From a virus, in the IMG/VR virus record IMGVR_UViG_3300012922_000007, positions 14,531 to 78,530 of that record: a stretch of DNA of 64,000 nucleotides, one strand, 5' to 3'. Shown piece after piece: positions 8,566-17,720 of the stretch. A program made the translations under genes and the position numbers. A model generated the notes under the pieces. That model saw only the letters and a list, made by a program, of their open reading frames with translations, searched no databases and was not told where the DNA came from. The number at the start of each line of letters is the position of its first letter. The first letter of the stretch is position 1.

Positions 8566-8801
8566 TGAAATACGTGGCACTGCTTTGCCTCGTTGCGTTC
8601 GCATTTGCACAAGAAACCGAGAAACAGGCTTATCAGGTATGGGACGCCTCGTGTATTGTATCTATTAGCAAGGGGATTCATACGAGGATGGAAGCTCCAC
8701 TCAGGAGCGGCAAGCCAGATATGTCCGAGGTCAAAATCCTCGGAATTCACGCAGAATACGTGTCCGGATGTGGACATATTGAGATAAGGAAGGAGAAATA
8801 A
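8565..8801 (+). CDS. small secreted protein
   Basis: signal peptide MKYVALLCLVAFAFA; GGAGG RBS. Confidence 0.65.
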   Translation: MKYVALLCLVAFAFAQETEKQAYQVWDASCIVSISKGIHTRMEAPLRSGKPDMSEVKILGIHAEYVSGCGHIEIRKEK

Positions 8802-9074
8802 TGCCAAAGTACGGAAAGAGTAAGAATCCCGGAGCAAGAGAAAGCTGGCTTCGAGCCAAGAAACAGAACCGCCCTCGTCAAGTATGGGTTAATGACCACT
8901 GGGAGAAAGTATACTTTTGGCCTTGTTCCTACTAAGCAATACATGCTGGCTCTGCGCTTATTTAGATCAGAGAGCGGATCTCGATTATCAATACGAGGTC
9001 AACCAAAAGCTAGAAAATAACCTCGATATTTGCAATACGGAGTTAAATCAGGCACAGCATAGGAGCGAGTTCGA

Positions 9075-9509
9075 ATGATTATTTACCTCGTATCAACAGG
9101 AGATTACAGCGACTATCATGTAGTCGGTGCCTTTTCTACGAAAGAAAAGGCTTTAGAAGCCTTTCCATCAAAGGATTATGGGATAGAGGAATACGAGCTT
9201 GACAAGCCAACCGTTGTATTGAAACGAGTTTACTCGGATGTAATCGCTATTAGTGACGGTTCTAGATGGATTGGCTCTACTCCAGATCACGACGGAACAA
9301 CACATTTTGCCTCGAAATTGGACGAGGTTGATATAGGATTTAGAGGGAAATATGACTTTTTGCAATGGGACTGGCCCAAAAGTCATGGAACTAGCCACGT
9401 TTATGCCAAATCAGTGATTAGCCAAGAACACGCCACAAAGTTAGCTGCTGAAGGTCGTCAAGCTTTCCTTAGAAATGATAAGGCTTTATCGCACAATGTA
9501 GAGATTTAG
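9075..9509 (+). CDS. conserved phage hypothetical protein
   Basis: N-terminal IYLVSTGDYSDYHVVGAFSTKEKA..IEEYELD motif recalled from phage proteins. Confidence 0.7.
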   Translation: MIIYLVSTGDYSDYHVVGAFSTKEKALEAFPSKDYGIEEYELDKPTVVLKRVYSDVIAISDGSRWIGSTPDHDGTTHFASKLDEVDIGFRGKYDFLQWDWPKSHGTSHVYAKSVISQEHATKLAAEGRQAFLRNDKALSHNVEI

Positions 9510-9559
9510 ATTCAAAATCGAGGGCATCTATACGTTGTCCTCGTTTGTGCATCTAAATC
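9503..9559 (+). other. long interrupted hairpin upstream of the Sm-like gene (possible processing site)
   Basis: GATTTAGAT/ATCTAAATC and CGAGGGCA/TGTCCTCG arms. Confidence 0.5.
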
Positions 9560-9576
9560 AGTTCGAGGAGAAAATA

Positions 9577-9843
9577 ATGAAAAAGCTAGTACAAGTCACC
9601 GAGGTAGAAGGCGAAGGACTTATGGCTCTTATGGGCCAGAAAGTGCTTCTTCTGTGTGCAAACTACTTTTACACTGGAAAATTGATCGGGGTTAACGACA
9701 CTTTTGTTCAACTTGAAGACCCGGCAGTAGTATACGAGACTGGTTCGTGGTCGGATAGTAAATTTAAAGATGAACAGAAACTTCATACCAAAACATTCTA
9801 TATTTCGACCTCTGCTATTGAATCGTTTGGAGTTTCAAAATGA
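9577..9843 (+). CDS. Sm/LSm(Hfq)-like fold protein
   Basis: GAGGAG RBS; LxxLMGQKVLL..YFYTGKLIGVNDTFVQLED (Sm1-like) and FYISTSAIESFG (Sm2-like). Confidence 0.65.
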   Translation: MKKLVQVTEVEGEGLMALMGQKVLLLCANYFYTGKLIGVNDTFVQLEDPAVVYETGSWSDSKFKDEQKLHTKTFYISTSAIESFGVSK

Positions 9844-10109
9844 AGGATTTACGAAATAAGTGTAAGAAGTTATACAGGTCCTGGTCCTGGTCCTGGTCCG
9901 GGTCCTGGTCCTGGTCCAGGTCCGGGTCCTGGTCCAGGTCCGGGTCCAGGTCCGGGTCCGGGTCCAGGTCCTGGTCCGGGTCCTGGTCCGGGTCCAGGTC
10001 CGGGTCCGGGTCCTGGTCCGGGTCCGGGTCCAGGTCCTGGTCCGGGTCCTGGTCCGGGTCCAGGTCCGGGTCCTGGTCCGGGTCCGGGTCCGGGTCCGGG
10101 TCCTATTAA
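9840..10109 (+). CDS. Ser-(Trp/Gly/Arg) dipeptide-repeat protein
   Basis: ATGA-coupled to the Sm-like gene; 13-aa basic leader followed by (S-W/G/R) repeats. Confidence 0.5.
   Translation: MKDLRNKCKKLYRSWSWSWSGSWSWSRSGSWSRSGSRSGSGSRSWSGSWSGSRSGSGSWSGSGSRSWSGSWSGSRSGSWSGSGSGSGSY
9877..10104 (+). repeat. tandem hexamer array (GGTCCD)38
   Basis: 38 units with invariant GGTCC; the sixth base is T x13, G x18, A x7, never C. Confidence 0.97.
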
Positions 10110-10124
10110 AAAAATCTTCAACAT

Positions 10125-10148
10125 TACGAGCCTAGTGATAGGCTCGTA
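10125..10148 (+). terminator. perfect 10-bp hairpin with GTGA tetraloop
   Basis: TACGAGCCTA-GTGA-TAGGCTCGTA; U-tract is weak, so a stabilising hairpin is also possible. Confidence 0.55.
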
Positions 10149-10178
10149 TTGATGCAGATTTAATTCGGAGGTTAAAAC

Positions 10179-10610
10179 ATGGAACTTCAAATGTGTCGGG
10201 GAGCAAACTATCCGTATACGGACGAAGAGCTATCCCAAACTACTAGAGTTACACTACAATCGCCAATGTGGGGACCATTCTCAGGAACTATGAATATTTT
10301 CATAGAAAGGGATCGGTTGGCTAGTTTTATTTCCGGGTGGAGCAACCCCGATAATTTATCTAATAAAGAATACGCGATGAATATTCACATCGAACCAAAT
10401 TGGGCGTGTCCAGCAACTCCCTTAGTTAAAATAGATTGCCGATGTCAATTGCGACAGAGTTGCGCTCCTCTTCTAAATTGGCTTAGTTTGTGGGGCGAGT
10501 TTTATTGGGAACCCGAGGAGCAATCTAATCCACACGTAGAATCTCAGTTATGGCTGAGAGCAGACGGGTCAGTTGTAAAATACGAGTTTAATGATTCAGA
10601 TGGAGGTTAA
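10179..10610 (+). CDS. hypothetical protein
   Basis: GGAGG RBS, 143 aa. Confidence 0.6.
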   Translation: MELQMCRGANYPYTDEELSQTTRVTLQSPMWGPFSGTMNIFIERDRLASFISGWSNPDNLSNKEYAMNIHIEPNWACPATPLVKIDCRCQLRQSCAPLLNWLSLWGEFYWEPEEQSNPHVESQLWLRADGSVVKYEFNDSDGG

Positions 10611-10765
10611 ATCAGTGTTTTCAACAATTTGGGAAGCTCTATTCTGTTTTGAGCATGGAATCCTGTCCCCTAAAAATCTTCCGGCTGTCCTCGGACTTTG
10701 CGCCTGTCTCAGATGTACGTTCTATGGGATTAAATCGAAACTTGGTTGGTAACGAGGTCAAAATT

Positions 10766-10975
10766 ATGGAAAAATCATTAACAGTTGGAGAACTTCGTCA
10801 AGCTTTGGAAAACATGTCAGATGATCTGCCAGTTTATATCCACATTCCGGAATACGTTAAATTCGGATCACAGGAAGACTGTATGCGGTATGTAACCAAA
10901 GCACAATTTGTTCGAGAAGGAAGTATTTCCAATGCATGCTTCGATATCGAGGCGGGAGAAGGGTTTGGTTGGTAG
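10766..10975 (+). CDS. hypothetical protein
   Basis: LTVGELRQALENMSDDLPV motif; GAGGT RBS. Confidence 0.65.
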   Translation: MEKSLTVGELRQALENMSDDLPVYIHIPEYVKFGSQEDCMRYVTKAQFVREGSISNACFDIEAGEGFGW

Positions 10976-11211
10976 TATGACTAGATTTGAGGAATTGCTA
11001 AAGCTGCGCCTCTTCGACGATTTTAAACCGTGTTGGAAAGCACCGGAACGTCCTCCGCCTATTGATGGGCATTATTGGGATTGCAAATGCGAGGATTGTG
11101 CTTAATGTATCCCCAATGGCACGGCAAATCTTACTTTCGCCTCGCATATTTCTATGGAATCTCGGGGCTAATCTATCAAATATGGTTCGATCTAAAGAAT
11201 TGGAGGATATT

Positions 11212-11418
11212 GTGTCAAAAGACGTAGATGATGCTGTAGTTCGGCTCAAAAATGCAAGATTAGAGCTAGAATTGCTACGGGAGCACGAAAATGACACCGC
11301 TCGTACTTTTCATGCGTTGGGCCTCGGAGTAATTGAAAACGCCATCTCTTACTTAAACTCGGGGAAGATTTACACGAGGCGAGGTCTACATACAGCCATA
11401 CTTTTCGCCTTGGATTAA
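11212..11418 (+). CDS. hypothetical protein
   Basis: GGAGG RBS before GTG. Confidence 0.45.
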   Translation: MSKDVDDAVVRLKNARLELELLREHENDTARTFHALGLGVIENAISYLNSGKIYTRRGLHTAILFALD

Positions 11419-11490
11419 ATATGTGGATAAATCTCATTAAACTGTGGGTGTTATTGGTAGTTCTCTCAGAGAAAATGCGAGGTAAAAATT

Positions 11491-11811
11491 ATGTTAAAAA
11501 CACCTGAAAATGCCAAGATGTCGTTAGAGGAGCTATTTAAAGATAGTTGGAGCGATGGAGAAGAAGTGACGGTAAAGAAAGCAAAAGTATTCACATCTAA
11601 GGGAACCAAAAACGCCTTGGAAGTGAAAATTTCCCAAATGTATGAGTATCCAACCATAAAGAACTGGGAGGGCGGGGTTATATCAATGCTCCAGTCTATC
11701 GCTAAAGCCTGTGGAGGAAAGGATGTAAACAATGAGAATAGACATTCTTCATCTGGCTGCGAAACGTGCGACTATGGCAGCAATTATGTATGGGAATTCG
11801 TAGTTTGGTAG
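11491..11811 (+). CDS. conserved phage hypothetical protein
   Basis: C-terminal GCETCDYGS motif; GAGGT RBS. Confidence 0.65.
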   Translation: MLKTPENAKMSLEELFKDSWSDGEEVTVKKAKVFTSKGTKNALEVKISQMYEYPTIKNWEGGVISMLQSIAKACGGKDVNNENRHSSSGCETCDYGSNYVWEFVVW

Positions 11812-11895
11812 TCCAGAATCCGGACTCGATAATCATGTCATTGGCCTCGTATTGGGCCAATGGCGAGCTTATCGGCTCAAAGTAAGGAGGAAATA

Positions 11896-13551
11896 ATGCC
11901 AGCAAATAGGGCTAACTGCGGTTGTGCTTTGACCTCGGGTAACCCAGCTTGTACTGCTTGTATGCGATGTCCCGCGTGCTGCCGCAGCTATGGAGAGTGT
12001 CTTACATGCACTGGTCCATCCTGCGTAGATTCGAGACCAAGGCTTACGTATCGCCGAAGTCCGGATGTATCAGCAGAATTTAGAGCTTGTCAATCTTGTG
12101 GATTTTGTTCTGCGTGTTGTTCTCAGAGGAATAGGTGCCACCGGTGCACAGGGTGTCACAGTAACTACGAAAGAACTCGTATTTGCGCAAATTGTAATAT
12201 GTGTACAAATGGTTGTTGTCAATGTTGGAGTTGCGCGGGATGTCAGGTGAGGAGACCCCGAGGCAATCGCCAATGTCGTCAATGCGCTACTTGTATGCAG
12301 TGCTGTCAGTGTAGAACTTGTGAAAGATGCGAGGATCAGCGACGAGTCATTTGGTGTCCAGATTGCGAATATTGTTCTGGACATTGCAATGATCCGGAAA
12401 ATCATACTGAAAGCTTTGTTGATCTAAGGCCGGAGCATCTTCGACCTAGATCGGCAATTATTGCTTTCCAAAAACGTGCGTTAAAGTTCTGGAACTCTGA
12501 ACCTACGCAGTTCAAGAGAAATCCACTTAAACGCCACATTAGTGTTGAAATCGAGTGCGACAAGGTTAATACGTCCGGAAACGGAAAGAAATTGGCCTCG
12601 GTTCTCAAGAAATGGTCAGACTCTGTAGTGACAGACGGAAGTCTTTCCGGGGACTATGCACACGAGATCAATACCTCACCCTCGAATGGTGATCTATTCG
12701 TTAACCATATCGAACAGATTACTGAAGCCTATAAAGACATAGATGGCAAGTGCTCAGTGAAGTGCGGCCTCCACGTCCATGTAAATTGCCAAGATTTGAA
12801 GTTCTATGATCTTCGCAAGGTCATTTTGCTGTATGCTAGGATTGAACGAGCGTTGTTCGAACTATGCAGGCCAGACCGGGTTAATGCCCAGTATAGCCGT
12901 CTGTGTGGCAAGAACTATGCCAACATGTCTCCAAATCCGGAAGAATTTCGCAGACAGCTGTTCGGGAAGTTCTACTGTGATTCGGAGAAACTTGCAGTTG
13001 CTAGACCAGATAAGAACGTTGGCCTCGCGATTAAGAAGAAGAAAGAGGGCAAATATGCTGGTGTTAGGTATCGTGCTCTCAATCTTCACAGTTACTTTCT
13101 AAGGAAGACTGTGGAATTTCGGCATCATGAAGGGAGTGTTGACCCGGAAGTAATCATTAACTGGGCCGAGGTTTGTGCTTACATAATCGAAGCCGCGAAT
13201 AAGCTATCCGAGGCGCAAATTCGAGCTTTACCAGATACCTCTCGCCAAGCTTTGTCCACAATTCTACCAGAGAATCTGAGAGAATGGTGTGACAAGATTT
13301 GGGAGAAATCTGTTGTAAAATGGGAGGAAGTGGAAATCAGCAACAATAGACCAGATCTTCCCCTCGTTCCAAAGGAGGAAAAACAGTTGGATAGACGAGC
13401 ACTTCGCAAGAAACACAAGGCCGAAAGGAGAGCCAAGGCTAAAATTAATGAGTATAGGCTGATAGCTTTGCGAGCCATTATTTCAGGTCAGAGGTTGACT
13501 CCGCAACCGGTTGCTGCACAGTCCGGAACTGGACAATCAACTCCATTTTGA
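11896..13551 (+). CDS. putative amidoligase (COOH-NH2 ligase) with Cys-rich N-terminus
   Basis: SVEIE, DGSL, EINTSP, CGLHVHV, RYRALNL and TVEFRHH motifs; AGGAGG RBS. Confidence 0.88.
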   Translation: MPANRANCGCALTSGNPACTACMRCPACCRSYGECLTCTGPSCVDSRPRLTYRRSPDVSAEFRACQSCGFCSACCSQRNRCHRCTGCHSNYERTRICANCNMCTNGCCQCWSCAGCQVRRPRGNRQCRQCATCMQCCQCRTCERCEDQRRVIWCPDCEYCSGHCNDPENHTESFVDLRPEHLRPRSAIIAFQKRALKFWNSEPTQFKRNPLKRHISVEIECDKVNTSGNGKKLASVLKKWSDSVVTDGSLSGDYAHEINTSPSNGDLFVNHIEQITEAYKDIDGKCSVKCGLHVHVNCQDLKFYDLRKVILLYARIERALFELCRPDRVNAQYSRLCGKNYANMSPNPEEFRRQLFGKFYCDSEKLAVARPDKNVGLAIKKKKEGKYAGVRYRALNLHSYFLRKTVEFRHHEGSVDPEVIINWAEVCAYIIEAANKLSEAQIRALPDTSRQALSTILPENLREWCDKIWEKSVVKWEEVEISNNRPDLPLVPKEEKQLDRRALRKKHKAERRAKAKINEYRLIALRAIISGQRLTPQPVAAQSGTGQSTPF

Positions 13552-13571
13552 CCTCGTATTTAACTTCAAGC

Positions 13572-13597
13572 CCGGACTTCCCGAAAGCGAGGTCCGG
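13572..13597 (+). other. intergenic hairpin
   Basis: CCGGACTTC/GAGGTCCGG arms. Confidence 0.4.
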
Positions 13598-13617
13598 AGC
13601 GTGCGGTTAGGAGGAAT

Positions 13618-14151
13618 ATGAAAGAAATAGAGTTAACCCAGGGCTACAAAGCTTTGGTGGACGACGAAGACGAAGCCAAGGTAAATCAGTTTACTTGGTG
13701 TGCTATGGTTAGAAATAATAAAGACGGCTCGTTTCGTACAGTCTACGCACAAACATCTCTTGGAGTGGACGAAAAAGGAAAAAGTGTTAGGATATATTTA
13801 CATCGGTTTATACTCGGTATAGTTGATCCTAAAGTTTTAGTGGATCACAAAGACTATAACGGATTAAATTGCCAAAAAGAGAACCTCCGAATTGCAGCTG
13901 ATGGCCAAAATCCATGGAATGCTCGGATTTCAAAAAGCCATAAGACAGAATCTAAATACAAAGGCGTAACGTTGTATAAAAGCCACGGCAGAGTCATAGG
14001 ATACAAGTATAATATATGCAAGAAAGGTGAAAAGTTTTCGGAACGGGGATTTGAAACCGAGGATGAGGCTGGTCGAGCTTACGATAAAAAAGCCAAGGAG
14101 CTTTTTGGAGAGTACGCTTATCTAAACTTTCCGGATGAACAGGAATCTTAA
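13618..14151 (+). CDS. HNH endonuclease with AP2 domain
   Basis: IELTQGYKALVDDED, LHRFIL, VDHKDYNGLNCQKENLR, EAGRAYD..FGEYAYLNF. Confidence 0.9.
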   Translation: MKEIELTQGYKALVDDEDEAKVNQFTWCAMVRNNKDGSFRTVYAQTSLGVDEKGKSVRIYLHRFILGIVDPKVLVDHKDYNGLNCQKENLRIAADGQNPWNARISKSHKTESKYKGVTLYKSHGRVIGYKYNICKKGEKFSERGFETEDEAGRAYDKKAKELFGEYAYLNFPDEQES

Positions 14152-14173
14152 ATTAAACTAACGGAGGATGTAT

Positions 14174-15538
14174 ATGTGCGGTATTTTTTGTGTTGCAAAT
14201 AAAGAGGGTTACGAGCCAAAATTGGATATAGCCATTCCAATTATGGCATTGATAATGGAAGAGAGGGGTAGACACAGTTTTGGCCTCTCTGATGGTGTGG
14301 AAATTATCAAAGACACGGGGCCAATTTCTTCTGGATTGACTGTAAACATGTTTACGGGAAAGAAGGAGCTAATAGCCCACACTAGACACGCCACTCACGG
14401 TTCTCAAACTAAACAAAACGCGCATCCTTTTGAATTCGGAGAAGGAGAAAATAAAATTATTGGTTTGCACAATGGAGTATTAGTTAATCACGATAAGATG
14501 AACGAAGAACACAACAGAAAATTCGAGGTTGATTCTTGTCACATATTTCAGCATATTCTTGAAAACAAACCACTTAAGGACATCCAGGGCTACGGTGCGG
14601 TAGCTTTCTTCCAGCGTGGTAAAATGTATCTTGGTAGATTTAATGGAGGCCAGCTGGCTATTGCAAGAACAAAATTTGGAATAGTTGCGGCTTCGACTCA
14701 AGAAGCTGTTTACAAAGCTTTAAAAATATCCGGCTTGGAATTGGAATGTTTTTATGAGGTTCTGGATGAAAAACTTTATATGGTAGAAGAAGGTCTTTTA
14801 TTTAACACTGACAGAGATTTCCGCTTCGGCTCTCGCTACCAGCCCATAACCAACAACTATCACGGACATTACGAACCCCATGATTGGAGGCAAGGTTCGA
14901 ATTACTATGAAGGAGCACGAGGCCGATGGATCAACAATCACTGGGAAGAGGGTAAATGGATCAACAAAGATACATTTGTCCCAGGAGAATGGAAAACTGG
15001 TAAATTCACTCCGAATGACGAGGGCAAGGCTCAATTATTTCTCCTCGGAGATGGTAAATCTAAGAAGGGAAAGCAGAAGACCAAGAGGGCTGTCGCTGAC
15101 TCAGATGCAGATAACTGCTGTCTATGTCAGTGTTTGTTCTCAGTCGAGGAAGAAACTTGGGACAGTCCCTTCGGTGAGTTATGCGATAGCTGCATGATGA
15201 CTTGTTTTCGGGCTCAAATGGAAGAGGAGACCGAGGTCATTGAACTTGAAGCAACTATCGAGAACTCAGTAGGCGAGGGTATCCATAAACTGGACGATCC
15301 GTTTATTTCTACAACAGTCCGAGACTTTCTAAAGGAGCTAACAGATAAAGAAGCAGCAAGCAATAGATGCAATAAAGAGACAATGCAAGGATCGTGTGAC
15401 GAATGTGCAGTTACAGTTAGCAACGATGATAAGATATTTGTTGATAAAGCCGACGGCCACATAGTAAAATGGATTTTGTGTGTTGGATGTCATCATCAAC
15501 TAACAACTCCATATAACACAGAATTTCCAATCTGTTAA
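14174..15538 (+). CDS. class II (Ntn) glutamine amidotransferase
   Basis: MCGIF N-terminal nucleophile, RGRHSFG, HTRHATHG, NAHPF, HNG, VDS; GGAGG 6 nt before ATG 14174. Confidence 0.9.
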   Translation: MCGIFCVANKEGYEPKLDIAIPIMALIMEERGRHSFGLSDGVEIIKDTGPISSGLTVNMFTGKKELIAHTRHATHGSQTKQNAHPFEFGEGENKIIGLHNGVLVNHDKMNEEHNRKFEVDSCHIFQHILENKPLKDIQGYGAVAFFQRGKMYLGRFNGGQLAIARTKFGIVAASTQEAVYKALKISGLELECFYEVLDEKLYMVEEGLLFNTDRDFRFGSRYQPITNNYHGHYEPHDWRQGSNYYEGARGRWINNHWEEGKWINKDTFVPGEWKTGKFTPNDEGKAQLFLLGDGKSKKGKQKTKRAVADSDADNCCLCQCLFSVEEETWDSPFGELCDSCMMTCFRAQMEEETEVIELEATIENSVGEGIHKLDDPFISTTVRDFLKELTDKEAASNRCNKETMQGSCDECAVTVSNDDKIFVDKADGHIVKWILCVGCHHQLTTPYNTEFPIC

Positions 15539-15569
15539 GTCTTGAATCTGGATATCGAGGTCAAACTCC

Positions 15570-15878
15570 GTGTCCAGAATTGAGGATTTTATGGATAAAC
15601 CTATTGGATTAATGATATACTCCAAAAACGAGGGAAACAAATATTATGTGTTTTGTAGTGTTTGTTCCAAAAATAATAAGATGTACTGGAGTAGCTTAGA
15701 ACCCTTAAAAGGAAGATCGTGGCCAATTTACAGAGAGAATATCGGAGTTTTTGGCCAGAAATGCCATTGGAACGGATGTAGAAATTTTTTAGTAGAAGGT
15801 CATCTTGATTTATTTCCTAATCCGAATGACGAGCACCTCAGTCTAAACTCTCCCTCGGAGATACTAAATGGCGGATAA
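15570..15878 (+). CDS. Zn-binding paralog family protein
   Basis: PIG..YYVFCSVC..WPIYRENIG.FGQKCH. Confidence 0.75.
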   Translation: MSRIEDFMDKPIGLMIYSKNEGNKYYVFCSVCSKNNKMYWSSLEPLKGRSWPIYRENIGVFGQKCHWNGCRNFLVEGHLDLFPNPNDEHLSLNSPSEILNGG

Positions 15879-16149
15879 ACCAATCGGCTACCTCGGATTT
15901 AATCGAAGAAATTGCGATCATCTGTGCTATTGGTGTATAAGATGTTACGAGCATTATAGTATAGCGAGGCGGAGTTATTGGAGTAACAACACGTGGCCGA
16001 TATTCGAGGATCATCTCCAGAAGTTTAGACTTAAATGTCGTCAAGGATGTGGGAATATCCATAATCCGGACGAGCCAGAAGAATTTTTAAATAGTGAACT
16101 TGTTGAAACTCTTGTCCCCGAATTATTCGACGAACCGGAGGAAGACTAA
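15868..16149 (+). CDS. Zn-binding paralog family protein
   Basis: PIGYL..YWCIRC..WPIFEDHL..FRLKC..GC. Confidence 0.75.
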   Translation: MADKPIGYLGFNRRNCDHLCYWCIRCYEHYSIARRSYWSNNTWPIFEDHLQKFRLKCRQGCGNIHNPDEPEEFLNSELVETLVPELFDEPEED

Positions 16150-16538
16150 TGCCTTACGTTCCAGCGGGTAATGCAACAAATAGACAGGCGACCTCGTATG
16201 TCCCTCTAGCACCTAGAGAATGGATTGATGATCCCGAGGGCATTGGATTTATATTGTATTATGCACCGTATAGGAGGTATCACTGGTTTTGTAAGAAATG
16301 TTATTTAACTGATGAAAAATCATGGGATGCGTATAAAAGCGTGGATAGTGACGAGGGAAACGGTTTATTTTGGTCGTATAAGGACCAATTCAAAAATATG
16401 AGGCAAATTTGTGGTGTGGGGTCATGTACGTTTATTTTGGAAGGGATGGGTTTAAATACGTTTCCCAGTGATACTGGAGCTTTACCCTCGCCTACCGAAA
16501 TTTTAGCTCAAATTACGGGGAGAAACAATGTCAGGTAG
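16149..16538 (+). CDS. Zn-binding paralog family protein
   Basis: IGFILYY..WFCKKC..RQIC...C..LPSPTEI. Confidence 0.7.
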   Translation: MPYVPAGNATNRQATSYVPLAPREWIDDPEGIGFILYYAPYRRYHWFCKKCYLTDEKSWDAYKSVDSDEGNGLFWSYKDQFKNMRQICGVGSCTFILEGMGLNTFPSDTGALPSPTEILAQITGRNNVR

Positions 16539-17013
16539 ATCAGTAGTAGATGTTTGGTACCACGGTTGCCGCTACGAGGTTCTACGAGGTCAAGCACCTG
16601 GATGGGGACTAAGAATCTTCTTTAACGTAGAAGATGATGAGGATCTGTGGGTTCTCGACTCCAGTTCATCTGTAAAAACTAAGATTGATCCGATGGGAAC
16701 ATACTATGTCTCGCATTATGAGAGATTTTACTCTATCTCTAAGAAAGTAATAGGTTTCCGCAAGGAAGGTCCGAGGGTAACGCATATCAAGAGCGGGGAT
16801 AAATTCGATAAATACGTAGACCGTCCGACGAAATGGACTCCGAATAACCGAGCAATCCTGAAGGATTTGGATAGATATCGAATCTGGTTGACCTCGCAAC
16901 CTGAATTGGTCGAGGCGGCTCGTAAAGAGTTGAAAAACAAGGTGTTAGGTTGCTGGCATAGTCCGAAGGCCGGATTTGCAGATATTTTGCTGAAAGTGGC
17001 TAACGAGGAATAA
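16528..17013 (+). CDS. DUF4326-like protein (degenerate)
   Basis: C-terminal half KYVDRPTKW..YRIWL..QPELVEAARKELKNKVLGCW.SPK..ADILLKVAN. Confidence 0.65.
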   Translation: MSGRSVVDVWYHGCRYEVLRGQAPGWGLRIFFNVEDDEDLWVLDSSSSVKTKIDPMGTYYVSHYERFYSISKKVIGFRKEGPRVTHIKSGDKFDKYVDRPTKWTPNNRAILKDLDRYRIWLTSQPELVEAARKELKNKVLGCWHSPKAGFADILLKVANEE

Positions 17014-17188
17014 CATGAAAAAGCCAAAGTTTCGTTCTGATCCGTTGACTAAAATTAGAGAACTTCTGGATGAAAATAACCGCCAAAAGGAAGAAATATC
17101 AAGGCTCGAAAACAGAATATTAACCTTGGAAGCTAGAGTTCATATTTCTAATCTTCGAAACGAAATTGACGATATTTAAAGGAATAAT

Positions 17189-17452
17189 ATGCCAGATACT
17201 CCTGTAGGATATCTACTGTGGTGGCCGAGGACAAAGAAATATTACCTGTATTGTACTATATGTGCAAGTGGGCCTCGAAGAGAACGTTGGACTACTGCAC
17301 GAGGACCAAGTTGGCCAATCTATAAAGAACTAGTTGGAAATTATTCACAAAGATGCCACGATTGTGGAAGAATAACTTTTATGGGCGAAGATTTTCTGTT
17401 TCCGGACGAATTTTTGATAGGTTTACCCGGACCTGAGGCCATAAATGCCTGA
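17189..17452 (+). CDS. Zn-binding paralog family protein
   Basis: PVGYLLWW..YYLYCTIC..WPIYKELVGNYSQRCHDC..LPGPE. Confidence 0.8.
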   Translation: MPDTPVGYLLWWPRTKKYYLYCTICASGPRRERWTTARGPSWPIYKELVGNYSQRCHDCGRITFMGEDFLFPDEFLIGLPGPEAINA

Positions 17453-17720
17453 AGAACCAATAGGATATCTGCTCTGGTGGAATCCGCAAAACCGATGGTT
17501 TTATTATTGCCCAGAATGTTCAAAAGTAAATATAAACCATTGGAGACAGCAGGAAGCCAAGTTTTGGCCAGTATACATTGAACATATAGGGAAATATTCT
17601 CAAAAATGTGGGAATTTTCACGAAAATGGTCGTTATAGTTTGTGCGGAGAAGTCTCTACTGTACTATTTGACCAAGAATCACTTTTTACTTTGCCTAGAC
17701 CCGAGGATATTCATGCGTAA
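17445..17720 (+). CDS. Zn-binding paralog family protein
   Basis: PIGYLLWW..FYYCPEC..WPVYIEHIGKYSQKC..LPRPEDI. Confidence 0.8.
   Translation: MPEEPIGYLLWWNPQNRWFYYCPECSKVNINHWRQQEAKFWPVYIEHIGKYSQKCGNFHENGRYSLCGEVSTVLFDQESLFTLPRPEDIHA

Noticed and set aside
9877-10104. CRISPR array or collagen-like repeat
   Set aside because: There are no spacers or cas genes, and the period is 6 nt (dipeptide), not Gly-X-Y.
9870-10190. - strand (GP)n ORF as a real gene
   Set aside because: It is antisense to a solid + strand operon, and its openness follows from the near-palindromic repeat.
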